NCBI GenBank assembly: GCA_030141605.1
Contig: JAQGDQ010000157.1
Span: forward strand, 417,145-481,144
Reading direction: 5' to 3'
Source: Tubiluchus corallicola
Taxonomy: Eukaryota > Animalia > Priapulida
Length of the DNA stretch: 64,000 nt
A model generated the notes under the pieces. The model had not been told where the DNA came from and did not search any database. It saw nothing but the letters and a program-made list of their open reading frames with translations. The translations under genes were made by a program, and so were the position numbers. Position 1 is the stretch's first letter. Each line of letters starts with the position of its first letter. This document shows, one piece after another, positions 13,701-25,260 of this stretch.

Positions 13701-14380
13701 TTAATGCAACACTTCACTTGTCATTGTTATTCATGAGTATTCTCTTTGGAAAACATTTCTCACAAAAGTGAACAGTTGTTGCTTAGTGACAGCAGCTTTA
13801 AAACATTAATTTTGTAAAGCAAATAAGCATGTTTGAAGTTTGAACAGTAGTTTATCACATGGCATAAGATCGTGAAGTATCATATGAATCTGAATAATAA
13901 ATTCTATTGCATAATTTACTATTATGTTGAAAAGTGTCTTACTAAAAAACTAAATAAACTAGAACCTCGATACAATTTGGTGCAATTTGTGTTTGTACTT
14001 AGCTGTCTCTTAACAATTTTATTATCACTATTAACAGGCTTTTTAACATGCCACCTACACATGCCGTGTACTGCATCACCAATGCTCAGAAGTCAGAAGT
14101 CCTAGCAAAACTAAAGTAGCAGCCTATTGCTATGCCAGTACTTTCCTATAGTAATTGTAATTGCCAAACTCAACTACTTTTTAAAAAAAGTAATTGCAGA
14201 GGCATCGGCACTACTTTTCAGTAGTGCTAAATTGCATTTGTAGTGGTACTATATTTTAAAAGTAATTTAGTCAACACTGAATATAATTATTTGTTTGATT
14301 TCACTAAGAATTTTCTGCAAAATACTATTCTTTGCCATTAACATTAACCATTAACGAAGAATTTTGGCTGTTTCAGTATT

Positions 14381-17300
14381 ATGTCAAGTCTACAGGACCT
14401 GATTGTGTGCTGTCAACAGCTCAACGCAGACAAAGTGTCTGAAAGAAAGCGGCAGATGGAGAGACTACGACATCTGCTCTCGCATTTGCAACTTGTGAGA
14501 GTTCTTGACAAAAATTCAGACTCGTCAAGCCATGCAAGCAAGAGCACCTGCACTTGGGATAACATTTTAACCAGCGTCCAAACAATGATTGAAAGGGAAG
14601 CTAATCTGATGGAAAATGCCAAACTGAGGGGTAGCAAAACAAATTCGGCTTCAGCTGCAGCAAAGAAAAGAAAGGAGTGCATGTCGTTGCTTAAATTTGT
14701 TATACTGACGGCTAACAAACGTGGGACTCGTCTTTCTTGTCCGGAGATCATGACTCATATAATGGCAGCGCTGACGAATGAGTACACAAATAAGATTTTT
14801 GGATCTGACTACAGCAAGATTTTGGCCAAAGAAGTGTTGCCAAATCGAAATTACATTACCGAAATAAGTGTAAAGACATGGGATAAGTTACTAGAAATAT
14901 ATATAGAGAAAATAGTGGATACAGAAAATGATGCTCCCGTTGGCACAGACAGGGTTTTGTTTTCTTCCATTCTGTGTATGGTTGTTCAACGTGCGGTAGT
15001 GCAAATTTCCATTAAACCCAAAATGATCACTGGCATAACAGCTGCACTGAAAAATCTGAGACTCGAAAAAAATCATGTGGTGGTGGAAAATTTGCTGGCT
15101 GCTGTTAACTGCCTGTGCAAGGCATTAGCGTTTGAGTGTCGAAACATGATCTGTAAACTAGGTGAAACCGTCTTTACTTCAGTGTTGTACTTTTTCACCA
15201 TTCAAGTTTCTGAGTCACTCCGGCATGAAGTTGTGGAGTTTATGCAACTACAGATGTCTGTGCATCACCCCTTAGGTGTTAAACAGGTTGACGATGGTGC
15301 ATTAGCAATTGATATTGAAGTGTGGAATTGCCACTTGCGTCACTTGTATGAAGCTTTATATAACGAAATATTTACAAAGAGCTCTCGTGGCAGTGCAAGC
15401 GGCAGTCTATCACCAGGTGTTGTGGATCTGGCTTCTAGTGTTTTTCATCAAGTTTTGACGGAGACATGCTCAGCCATTGATGTAACACAGTTATCAGGAT
15501 GTCAGACATCAATGTCTACTGGGAGCAGCAAAAAACGAAGGCGAATTGAAACAGGTTGGGACATGTTGCGTAACCAAATTAATTCTCTGAAAAAGTCTAA
15601 GCAGGTTATACCATGGTTACAATTATTGCATGGGATATTAGTGACATACTCAAGTGATTTACCAAGTAGCGAGCTTTTACCATTTCTTACTACAGTACAT
15701 GATACATTATCAGAAAACAAGATACCTGAGTTATCTGACTGGCTGTTTCTATGTCTTTCAGCGCTAGGGAAATGCGAGGCACATTTTCCTGCTGGTATGT
15801 TGGATAAAGATGTGTGTAAAAGCCGCTGGGCAGCTATTTGGGCAACAACAGTTAGATATGTGGCTGCTTTCCATAATCGGGAAGGTATGAACCTTCTCTC
15901 AAGGATTATACAATTACAGCTATTCCATCCTGACAAAAAATTGTTCCATATGTTTCTTTCTATGGTTTGCCCTGTGACTTGGGAGGCACTCAATGTTTTA
16001 TCTGTATACTTAGATTGTTTTAGCTTACCTGAAAAGTTTGAACCAGACAGTTTGTCAGTTGGAGAAGGTCAGCCTTATGATGGCAGATACATTCTTCGTT
16101 TTAAGCTGTTAAAGTGGCTTTTGAGGTATGAAGTGATAACTTATTTGCATGACAGTGATACTAAGTCACTTTTGGCAAGTGTATTGTTTAGGTTATGTTT
16201 GAAGTATCCAAGTGAAAGTATTACTACCATTGTTAAAAAAAATGGTAGAGGCAAGTGGTCAAAACAGGTTGAAGAAAACTACCTCAGAATTGCATTTCAT
16301 AATAACAAAACTGTGATAAACCAAACATTTTCAAATACTGGAGTGCCGAATAGCCTGCTATTAGATCTTCAGCGCGAGTTACATAGCACACTCGTTGAAA
16401 GTGGTAAAATCCTAATGCAGAAATGCCTGTATGATGATCCACTAAAGTCACTCTGTAAGTTAGTTTGTTTCTGTGGTCTGGTAACAAGAATTCTCCAGAT
16501 GCAAGTTTGTCACGGTGTTTTTTGTGCAGACAATTTGCCAAATTTTGTTTTAGAGAAGTTAGTGTTGAAAATGCTGGAATCAATTGTACATTTTTTGAAA
16601 GTCTGTGAACCGCTAGAGACTGACAAAACTTTAGTTGCAGATGCAGTCAGTGTGATACCTGAATTTTGGTTTGATGTTCAAGAACAACGTATGAATGCTC
16701 AGCTTAGTCGATCATGTATGAGTGCTGACCTGCTGGAATGGTTATTGCAGCAGGCAACGCGATTTGTTGAGGAAACACAAAGATGTGACGTTTTAGAAGA
16801 AACAGAAATGGATGACTTTGACAAAATACTTGACTTTCCAAGCAATATAACGAAAGTTCCTAATGATAGTCTTTTTGACATTAACCATGATGATAATGAT
16901 ACGCTTGCTTCCCAGTGTTCCGAAATGTCACTCAGTTCCCAACAGAGTGCATTTAACATGGATTGTGATCCATTATCTGATGAAACTGTGACAAAGATGC
17001 AGAAATTGCAGTTGGCATGCATGAGCGTACTGTGCAAGTACTGCATAAATGAAGACAGTATTGATGTTGTTCAACTGAGTGGCTCTAGCTCTGGTGTCGT
17101 AAAGACAAAACTGCTAGCTATGCTAGATAAATATGACAAAGGCAGGGCTGCTCATCTTCATATGCTGATAACTATAGTTTCAGGCTTAACAACTGAGAAT
17201 CACAAATTAAATGATCGGGAGTTAGGAATACTCCTTGAAAAGCTGCAAACAGCACTGAAAGAATATTACCGTAATCAAACAGTTGTATCTCGTCTATTGG

Positions 17301-20300
17301 ATATACTTAATGATTGCATACCTCGTGTGTTTTGTCCCACCAGCTCCATTTTTGAAAAATGCCAAGAATCAGTTTTGTTTCTCATAGGTGTATTTTGGAA
17401 TATGTGGAAAGCATCACCATATCTGCCACCTACCAATACAAAACTTGCAGTTGCCAAATGTATAACGACTGTTATCAACTCGTCGAATAATGCCTGGGAA
17501 TTGCATCTTAAGCATAAGGATGGTAGAGGAGTCTCTGTACTTTGTGAATATCCTTTCTTCTTTCAATGTAGAGAATATCTTGTGCAAATTTTGGTCATTG
17601 AAAGCTTGCCAAAACTTTTTGGAGTTGACATGTATACGGGTGAGTACAACATGAACAAAGAACAACAACTTAAGCTTTTTGATGACATATGCAACAGGCT
17701 GAAAGAATCTTTAAACTCAGTTGAACATCTAAAAGGTAATGAGAAGAAGGACCAAACCACCAACAAACAGTATGTTATTTTAAAAACACTTAGAAATATT
17801 GCTATATCAAGCCCAGCTTTGGAGAAACGAGTTGTCTTGATGCTGTGTATGATTTTTGCAGAATATGGTATTACGCTTGATATGACACGAAAAGTGTTGC
17901 AGGACATAGCAGTTGAGTTGCATTATCCAGATGTGCAAGCATACATGCTAAGTCACCTGCCTTACTTACTTCATGATTTTTTGTCCAAAAATATTGCTAT
18001 CAGTAGCTTCCCATGTAAACTATTCCTGCATAATAGCACAAAATCATTTTTCAAGGAATATTATAAAAGCATTGTACCTTATCTTGTTATGCACGATTTT
18101 TTGAAAGAAGTAAAAGAACTGGCAGCAGATATTTCGATGGAGTACAAACTTGTTCTTCAAGAATGTTTTCCGACGGTTGTTGCACACATACTACCTTTTT
18201 TTGTTATGACGTCAGACCCTCATACTAGCATGAAATACGAAGAACTTGATATCCAAGATGCAATTCTCTGTTATAATAAGTATGAGAAAGATCTTGGAGG
18301 TGATGCTGTTCAGGATAATTTACTGACAACAAATGTAGCTGAAGTGGTTTTTCAGCTGTTGATGTTACTTGATTTTAGTAAAAGTGACAGAATACGTGCA
18401 GAATTTACCACGAAACTTGATTTTCTTGCTCCAGAGTTAAATCCTCCTTGTTTTGAAGGTTCTGTTATAGCAGCAGCCTTGGACTACTTGACCACATGCG
18501 GAAAAAAGGACGGGAATTCAACTCTGGTTATGCTTTTGGCCAAAAAAGTGGACGATATTCAGAAGATTATCTGCAAACTGGCATCGGCTATAGCAAGGTC
18601 TCATACAAAATTTGAGCGTTTTAGAATACTATTAATGTATAAACTGTTTGTTACAATGCTAATGCAAGAACTTCCATCTGGATTGGGAGGAAGTTGGAGT
18701 TTTGTGTTAAAGAGCACCATTTATACACTTTGCCATGTTATCAGCCAGTTAAATTTGTCGAAGTTGAGCATGTTGGACTGTAATATTGGGTTAGTTTCTT
18801 TTCAGCTTTTAGAAGTTATATGCACTTCTGCATTGAAATTTTGCAAGCAAGAGGTGGAACGCCATCTGCCTTATATTACAAGCACCATTGTGCCGTTAAT
18901 TATGCAGAATGAGAGTCACTTGGTAAGTGAGAAGGCTTTCGCATTGTTGGAGCTGCTTGTAGTAGATAATGGTGCCTTATTAAGCCATGCTATTAAAATA
19001 CTCGACCCCTTTCCCTGTACTGAAGCTTTTGAAAGACTTCACGAAGCCCACAAAAAGTTTAAATATGAAAATCGGCTTCTCTCACTAGAAGAAGAAATTG
19101 AATTGTTTGTTAATTCAGAGTTAAACAGTAAACGGAATTCTCGCATGGAAAGCCTCAAATTTCTTTGTCATCAGTTGGGTACTAGGATGCCTGAGCTAAT
19201 TTTTTTGGCCGAAACATATACAAAACAGCAGCCTGATAATGTACTTCCAAAACTAATATGTGAGTTGATTAATATATGCAAGTGTAGCAGTGAACTTGGT
19301 ATAAGGAGAGAGGCAGCAAAATGTTTGGGACATATAGGAGTTCCAGATATGTTAGCCATGTTGTTACTTCCAAATGAAAACACAAAAACCATTTTGAAGG
19401 CTATTAAAATAGAAGGCATTGAAGCTGAATGGGATTTCTCCTTTAGTAGGAAGTATTTGTTACTTCATGTTTTGGCTAACTATCTGACAGATCCAGACAT
19501 CACTGTGGTTACAGCTGCATGTTCAGTCGTAAAGCAAATTTTGGCTACGAAATTGGGACAGGACTTTATGTTGCAGTATGCACAAACTCAAGATAGTCAT
19601 CTTTTACAGCTATTGACTCCTTTTAAGTCAACGAAAAAAGCTGATAAGAAAAAGCATGTACAGAATGAAGCTACCTTCTTATCGTTTGTTAATTCAGAAG
19701 CACTTTGGATGCCTGAATTTTCCACACATTCCAAATGGATAACTAATCTAGTGTGTGCATTAATCAATAGCTCAGCTGTCGCAGATGAGGTGCTACTTGC
19801 ACTGGAACCTGTCTGTAAAACTAAAGTTGAGTTTTGTGAAATGGTAGTACCATATCTCGTTCATGATATTCTCAGTTCCAATAGTGATACTTTTAGAGAA
19901 GTCATTTCACAGCAATTTCGAAACTTCTTTGCAGCCCATTGTGGATGCACAAGTCAAAGAAGTCGCTCTGTGACTCCATCAGTTTTAGGTGTAACTGAAG
20001 CGGCACCAGTCTACATGTGCACAGAAAGTCTAAGAGTGATGCTTAATGTCGTGCAACATTTACGTTGCCAACAACAAAATTTTAACAGACAGGGTTTATC
20101 TACTCCTTGGGATAATAACTTCTGGATTGAGGTGGATTATCTGCATTTGGCAAAAGCTGCTCATTACTGTTCATCTGATTTTTCCTCTGTTTTATTCATG
20201 GAAATCTGGTATGGTGTTCAGAGGAATCCTTTGCAACACCAGAAATCGGGATCTGAAAGTGAAGATGGAGCTAAATTTGGTGATTCATTTTTCGTGTCAC

Positions 20301-23300
20301 AACTGGATTCTATAGGTTCTTCAAACAATGATATTGACAGCCATGGCTTGTTACTAGAGGCGTACAAAACCATTGGTGATCCCGATTCTGTCTATGGTTG
20401 TGTTGTTGATCGGCTTACAGATGCTACTACTCGAATAAATATGTATGAATTTGAAAGAAAATCAGAATGGGCTCTTGGGAGTTATTACAATTTACCAAGT
20501 AAAGCTGGCATCACTTGTCAGAACTCGATTGGCATTTATAAAGCAATGCAAAATATGGGTCTTTATCAGATTCTTAATGAGCATTTGGGTAAAATTAAGA
20601 CAAGTTGCTCTGCTGAGGATGATGAAATAAAGGAACTTCAATTTGAGTGTGCTTGGAGAAATTGCCAGTGGGATTTAGATAGCAGACATGCGTCACAAAA
20701 TACTGGAATGCATGAAGCAATATATAGCTCTTTGCAAGCTATTAAGGATAATGACGCTTCTTTTGCTGATGAATTTATTTCTTCTGGTAGGGAGGCTGCA
20801 ATGTCAACTTTATGTCACATTAGTTTAGAGTCTGTAAGAAATGTTTGTCCAGTACTGTGCAATTTGCAATGCTTGTTGGAAATTGAAGAAATTGTTAGTG
20901 TTATTTCAGGTGATTTCCCCATACAGAAGGTAATTGACCAATGGTTGAAGAGGAATAGTATGAATTGCAAAGACTATGATTTTGTGGAGCCTATAATTTC
21001 ACTTCGCTGTCTGCTGTTGTCACAGGTGATAAATACTTCTGTGATAAGTGACAGAGAAGTAAAGAGCTCTGTGCAACGAGCTTTGATAGATAATTTGATA
21101 TTTAAAACTAGAATAGCTAGGGAAGCTGGATTGACTCAAGTAGCAGAGAATACAATGCATTTGTTGAAAGAATTGCATAATGCATATTCCTTAACGTCAA
21201 TGTCATGGCGATTGGAAGAAGCTTTGATTTACTGGGCAAGGTCAGATCATGACACTGCTCTTTGTTTCCTCAAATCACTAGTGGAAGATCTGCTGGAGCA
21301 GTATGAGGGTAATATGTTGGGTGAGGGTAGCGCTTCGCTTTACCCACAGTCATTATGTGTGTATGCGGAGTGGCTTTCCACTACTCGGTATAAGCATCCT
21401 AGAGTTATAATGGAAAACTATTTGGAAAAAGCAGTGGTAGTGGTAGAAAACTTGGCACTTGAAGGCACAATTGTGGTAGATGCATATTTAGCACTTGCAC
21501 GCTATGCTGACCAACAGTATTCCGAGAGAGTCAAGTACATCAAATCTAGCACTTTTGAATCTAAGAGAGCACTGATTGAAAAAAGCAAAAATGATGCCAA
21601 GTTGATCATCCAGTACAAACAACAAGGTGATGGCAATCAGAATATCACTGTGCCCCAGAGGGCACTAAGAACAATTGAAAAGCAGAGCGAGATTGACAAA
21701 ATTGAAATAGATGAACTGCTTAATTCTAAAAATGAGCTTTTAGTAAAAGCCGTGCATAATTATCTCAAAGTTTTACGTGCAGGTGACGAGCATGATCTAC
21801 GCATTTTCCGTTTAATTTCTCTTTGGTTTGACAATATCAAGAACCCTGTTGTAAATAATGTAATGAATGATGATTTGCAAGAAATAAAGAGCAGCAAATT
21901 TTTGGTGTTGATGTATCAACTAGCAGCTAGAATGACAGTGAAAAAATCTGATGGGGATATATTTCAATCAACATTGGAGGGTCTAATTCGAAGAACTGTT
22001 ATTGACCATCCTCATCACACATTGTCTATTATTTTGGCATTAGCAAATTCAAATAAAGATAATTTATTAGCTCAAGAAAGTGCCTCATCAAGCAGGGGAA
22101 GACGAAAGTCCAAAGAAGTGACAAATGTCAGAATAAATGAAGAAGAACGAGTTTTGGCTGCAAAAAATTTGCTATTTTCATTAAAATCTCATTGTGGTCA
22201 GTTGATTACTGATATGGAATTGCTGTCGAACACCTTCATCGCATTTGCTTACTTGGATGTAAGAAAGTACAAAAATGAACAGAACAAGGCTCTTGGTATC
22301 CCCAAAGAATACTCACTTTTGGCAACACAAAGGTTCAGAAATGTTTCTGTTCCAATTGTGGAAATACCTGTTGATGATTCATGTCAGTATAAGAATGTTG
22401 TTACCATTCATGGTTTTAAACATACATTTTCGCTTGCCGGAGGAATAAATTTGCCAAAAATTCTTACCTGTATAGGCACTGATGGTAAACACAGAAGACT
22501 TCTCGTTAAAGGCAATGATGACCTGCGACAGGATGCTGTAATGGAACAGGTTTTTGGCATTGTTAACATGCTTTTGCGTTGTCGAGACGAAACCAGAAAT
22601 AGGCAGTTATCAATTCGTCAATATAAAGTTGTTCCTTTATCTCAGAGAAGTGGTTTGTTGGAATGGTGTGAAGGAACTACACCATTTGGAATGTATTTAA
22701 TAGGTTCTGATAATGAAAGTGGGGCTCATAAACGATATCACCCTAGTGGATGGACAGGAAAGGAATGTCGCAAAGCTATGTATGAGCTGCCTGGAACCAA
22801 GTACGAGAGGTTTCTGACTATATGCAAGAATTTTCCACCCGTGTTCAGACATTTCTTTTTTGAAAAGTTCCTTGACCCTGCCATATGGTTTGAAAGACGA
22901 ATAACATATACCCGAAGCGTGGCCACAAATTCTATAATAGGTTATGTGCTCGGACTTGGTGACCGACATGTGCAGAACATATTGATTGACTGCAATACAG
23001 CAGAAATGATTCACATTGACTTAGGGGTAGCATTTGAGCAAGGAAAAATACTGCCCACTCCTGAAACTGTCCCGTTCCGGTTAACTAGAGATGTAATTGA
23101 TGGCATGGGAATAACTGGTACTGAAGGAGTTTTTAGAAGATGTTGTGAGAAAACAATGCAAGTTTTGCACAATTCACAAGAAGCAATTATGACTATTGTT
23201 GAAGTTCTACTGTACGATCCATTGTATGTATGGAATCTTAGCCCTTTAAAGGCATTTGCTATTCAGCATGATCGAGATGAAAGTGCTATAGACGTTTTCG

Positions 23301-23512
23301 ATAATGGAGGTCATGGTGATGTGGATAATTCTAGTGATGGCAAGAAAATGGCTGCAGCTGAACGTGTCCTCTTGCGGCTACAACAGAAACTGCAAGGTGT
23401 TGAAGACAGCGTGCCGCTAAGTGTTTCCGGACAAGTTAGCCATCTTATTCAGGAAGCGAGGGACCCAAAGAATCTTTCTGTCTTGTTTCCCGGTTGGGCA
23501 CCATATATTTAA
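14381..23512 (+). CDS. ATM: Serine-protein kinase ATM, 3043 aa, single-exon CDS
   Basis: Uninterrupted ORF with an N-terminal TAN motif (LIVCCQQLNADKVSERKRQMERL), an NLS-like KKRRRIETGW, a FAT region, PI3K-like kinase motifs (LVKGNDDLRQDAVMEQVF, GYVLGLGDRHVQNIL, HIDLG, PETVPFRLTRD) and a FATC end (LFPGWAPYI*). AATAAA at about 23640, 23793 and 24018. Confidence 0.98.
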   Translation: MSSLQDLIVCCQQLNADKVSERKRQMERLRHLLSHLQLVRVLDKNSDSSSHASKSTCTWDNILTSVQTMIEREANLMENAKLRGSKTNSASAAAKKRKECMSLLKFVILTANKRGTRLSCPEIMTHIMAALTNEYTNKIFGSDYSKILAKEVLPNRNYITEISVKTWDKLLEIYIEKIVDTENDAPVGTDRVLFSSILCMVVQRAVVQISIKPKMITGITAALKNLRLEKNHVVVENLLAAVNCLCKALAFECRNMICKLGETVFTSVLYFFTIQVSESLRHEVVEFMQLQMSVHHPLGVKQVDDGALAIDIEVWNCHLRHLYEALYNEIFTKSSRGSASGSLSPGVVDLASSVFHQVLTETCSAIDVTQLSGCQTSMSTGSSKKRRRIETGWDMLRNQINSLKKSKQVIPWLQLLHGILVTYSSDLPSSELLPFLTTVHDTLSENKIPELSDWLFLCLSALGKCEAHFPAGMLDKDVCKSRWAAIWATTVRYVAAFHNREGMNLLSRIIQLQLFHPDKKLFHMFLSMVCPVTWEALNVLSVYLDCFSLPEKFEPDSLSVGEGQPYDGRYILRFKLLKWLLRYEVITYLHDSDTKSLLASVLFRLCLKYPSESITTIVKKNGRGKWSKQVEENYLRIAFHNNKTVINQTFSNTGVPNSLLLDLQRELHSTLVESGKILMQKCLYDDPLKSLCKLVCFCGLVTRILQMQVCHGVFCADNLPNFVLEKLVLKMLESIVHFLKVCEPLETDKTLVADAVSVIPEFWFDVQEQRMNAQLSRSCMSADLLEWLLQQATRFVEETQRCDVLEETEMDDFDKILDFPSNITKVPNDSLFDINHDDNDTLASQCSEMSLSSQQSAFNMDCDPLSDETVTKMQKLQLACMSVLCKYCINEDSIDVVQLSGSSSGVVKTKLLAMLDKYDKGRAAHLHMLITIVSGLTTENHKLNDRELGILLEKLQTALKEYYRNQTVVSRLLDILNDCIPRVFCPTSSIFEKCQESVLFLIGVFWNMWKASPYLPPTNTKLAVAKCITTVINSSNNAWELHLKHKDGRGVSVLCEYPFFFQCREYLVQILVIESLPKLFGVDMYTGEYNMNKEQQLKLFDDICNRLKESLNSVEHLKGNEKKDQTTNKQYVILKTLRNIAISSPALEKRVVLMLCMIFAEYGITLDMTRKVLQDIAVELHYPDVQAYMLSHLPYLLHDFLSKNIAISSFPCKLFLHNSTKSFFKEYYKSIVPYLVMHDFLKEVKELAADISMEYKLVLQECFPTVVAHILPFFVMTSDPHTSMKYEELDIQDAILCYNKYEKDLGGDAVQDNLLTTNVAEVVFQLLMLLDFSKSDRIRAEFTTKLDFLAPELNPPCFEGSVIAAALDYLTTCGKKDGNSTLVMLLAKKVDDIQKIICKLASAIARSHTKFERFRILLMYKLFVTMLMQELPSGLGGSWSFVLKSTIYTLCHVISQLNLSKLSMLDCNIGLVSFQLLEVICTSALKFCKQEVERHLPYITSTIVPLIMQNESHLVSEKAFALLELLVVDNGALLSHAIKILDPFPCTEAFERLHEAHKKFKYENRLLSLEEEIELFVNSELNSKRNSRMESLKFLCHQLGTRMPELIFLAETYTKQQPDNVLPKLICELINICKCSSELGIRREAAKCLGHIGVPDMLAMLLLPNENTKTILKAIKIEGIEAEWDFSFSRKYLLLHVLANYLTDPDITVVTAACSVVKQILATKLGQDFMLQYAQTQDSHLLQLLTPFKSTKKADKKKHVQNEATFLSFVNSEALWMPEFSTHSKWITNLVCALINSSAVADEVLLALEPVCKTKVEFCEMVVPYLVHDILSSNSDTFREVISQQFRNFFAAHCGCTSQRSRSVTPSVLGVTEAAPVYMCTESLRVMLNVVQHLRCQQQNFNRQGLSTPWDNNFWIEVDYLHLAKAAHYCSSDFSSVLFMEIWYGVQRNPLQHQKSGSESEDGAKFGDSFFVSQLDSIGSSNNDIDSHGLLLEAYKTIGDPDSVYGCVVDRLTDATTRINMYEFERKSEWALGSYYNLPSKAGITCQNSIGIYKAMQNMGLYQILNEHLGKIKTSCSAEDDEIKELQFECAWRNCQWDLDSRHASQNTGMHEAIYSSLQAIKDNDASFADEFISSGREAAMSTLCHISLESVRNVCPVLCNLQCLLEIEEIVSVISGDFPIQKVIDQWLKRNSMNCKDYDFVEPIISLRCLLLSQVINTSVISDREVKSSVQRALIDNLIFKTRIAREAGLTQVAENTMHLLKELHNAYSLTSMSWRLEEALIYWARSDHDTALCFLKSLVEDLLEQYEGNMLGEGSASLYPQSLCVYAEWLSTTRYKHPRVIMENYLEKAVVVVENLALEGTIVVDAYLALARYADQQYSERVKYIKSSTFESKRALIEKSKNDAKLIIQYKQQGDGNQNITVPQRALRTIEKQSEIDKIEIDELLNSKNELLVKAVHNYLKVLRAGDEHDLRIFRLISLWFDNIKNPVVNNVMNDDLQEIKSSKFLVLMYQLAARMTVKKSDGDIFQSTLEGLIRRTVIDHPHHTLSIILALANSNKDNLLAQESASSSRGRRKSKEVTNVRINEEERVLAAKNLLFSLKSHCGQLITDMELLSNTFIAFAYLDVRKYKNEQNKALGIPKEYSLLATQRFRNVSVPIVEIPVDDSCQYKNVVTIHGFKHTFSLAGGINLPKILTCIGTDGKHRRLLVKGNDDLRQDAVMEQVFGIVNMLLRCRDETRNRQLSIRQYKVVPLSQRSGLLEWCEGTTPFGMYLIGSDNESGAHKRYHPSGWTGKECRKAMYELPGTKYERFLTICKNFPPVFRHFFFEKFLDPAIWFERRITYTRSVATNSIIGYVLGLGDRHVQNILIDCNTAEMIHIDLGVAFEQGKILPTPETVPFRLTRDVIDGMGITGTEGVFRRCCEKTMQVLHNSQEAIMTIVEVLLYDPLYVWNLSPLKAFAIQHDRDESAIDVFDNGGHGDVDNSSDGKKMAAAERVLLRLQQKLQGVEDSVPLSVSGQVSHLIQEARDPKNLSVLFPGWAPYI

Positions 23513-25038
23513 GGATGCTTTTATAGGCTGAAGGAGTTTTAGTACAACCGGTATTGTTTTTGCTCAATTTGTGCCGCTGCGGTCGAAGGAAATTGTATGA
23601 GATTTACATATTCGTTGGACTGACGCTTGACGGGAACCTAATAAAATCTTGAGTCGTTAAAAGTTATCAGGAAGTCGGAATTGATTCTGAATGATGACTG
23701 TTAAATACATTTATTCACTGGGCTGTGGTTAGTTTAATACTGTAAAATTATGAACAGCCAACAGAGTTACTGAAGTTAATATAATTATGCAAAATAAACG
23801 CAATGGTTTATATTTTCTCCGATTCACAGCAAACTGCTCAATTTGATTGTACAGATATGTGTAAAATTAATGGATGGCTCAGTTAAGATAACACTGTACA
23901 CTGTATAGCCTGCCTGTTATTATTATTCTTAAAATTAATACTTTTTATAGCCTTGTCTTTGTAAATTTTATTCTAGGATTTTAATTACAATACATGTATT
24001 GCATATATCCACTTTACAATAAAGACATTATGTGTAGTGTTGTGTACTTTCCAAATTTGTTATGCATTTAGAAAAATCAAAGCATTGTTATTCCTTAAAT
24101 TACTATCTGTGAAGTATGCACCATTGCAGTGGTGTTTTTATGTGATCTTTCCTAACTCTGCTCAAGTTGCTAACTTAACTAGAAATACTAGCATTGTCAA
24201 CCAAAAATGTAGTAGAGCTTGATTGAACTGCCGAATGCCTTTATGCATCATGTATGGAGTTATTATACATAATATTATAAAGCTTTTTTTAAGCTGGATA
24301 TGGTTTCATGTGTTATACATATATATATATATATATGTATTACAATAATAATAATGTTTTCGTGCATTTTTATGCTTTTACTTACAGTGTTAATAATCTG
24401 AGCGTATAACGATACTTTGTTTTTTTTTTCAAGAAGCTTGTAATTCATTAATAAGAAAATTTAATGCAAACTTAACTTGAAATTTAGCATTATTCCAAAT
24501 ACTGGACTGTTACAGTAGCAATTTAAACATTATACTTTTGTGTGAAGTTACTTTTTCATTGTAGCAACTAATACAGAGATGCATAAGCTGCGCTAACGAA
24601 CGCGCAGAAAGATGGAGTAGCGGTTATAGTAAGCAAGTGAGTGTTGATTTTTAACTTCTAAAATGCAAGACATTCCTTCATTTATAAAGTAAGGGCAGGT
24701 CAGTGTTCTATATACTGTGTAAATGATTGCATTCTTGACTGGCATGCTTTGCTTAGCTGGCTGCGTGCCAAGGTGTATGTATAAAATTCCTTTTTACGAC
24801 TGTGAATGTGAGGTTGTTGCCTATATGTGGAATTGTTACATACTTACAGAGTATAACATGTTTTTTCGGAGTTCTAATGTGCTTACGCCAATAGTAATTA
24901 AATAATTGGTACATAAGAAATAAGCTGTTATTAGCCCATATTTTCTCTGTAAAATTTTTAAAAATTAATAATAATTATTATGGCGTAATGTAAACACAAT
25001 AACAAGTATAAAAGTAAGGCCATGAAAATAAACCAACG

Positions 25039-25260
25039 AACCAGTTTAGTCTAGTGGTAATGCATCCTCTTTTTGTCTGGGAAGTCGCGAGTTCAATACA
25101 GCAGCCGGGTAATACCAAAGACTTTAAAATGATGCCTTATATTGCCCTGCCTGGCGCATTTAGAGTAAAAGCGGGGTATTAATCTCTCTTATGTATCGTG
25201 TAGATTTTTGTTTACGGTCGGCCCAAAAGCTCTTTGCCGCTTATGTGAATTTGTCATCCT
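25039..25260 (+). mobile_element. tRNA-derived SINE
   Basis: A-box-like TAGTCTAGTGG and B-box-like GAGTTCAATAC, followed by a core GGGTAATACCAAAGACTTTAAAATG...CCTGCCTGGCGCA typical of conserved-domain metazoan SINEs. Confidence 0.6.

Noticed and set aside
14413-23014. Antisense and alternative-frame ORFs within ATM
   Set aside because: These are short shadow ORFs of a long coding region, with no recognisable motifs.
23513-24500. Poly(A) tail or TSD of an ATM retrocopy
   Set aside because: No A-tract or flanking direct repeat was found; only AATAAA signals, a short (AT)n and a T-run are present.
25039-25110. tRNA gene
   Set aside because: A and B boxes are present but there is no intact cloverleaf, and the sequence continues into a SINE body.
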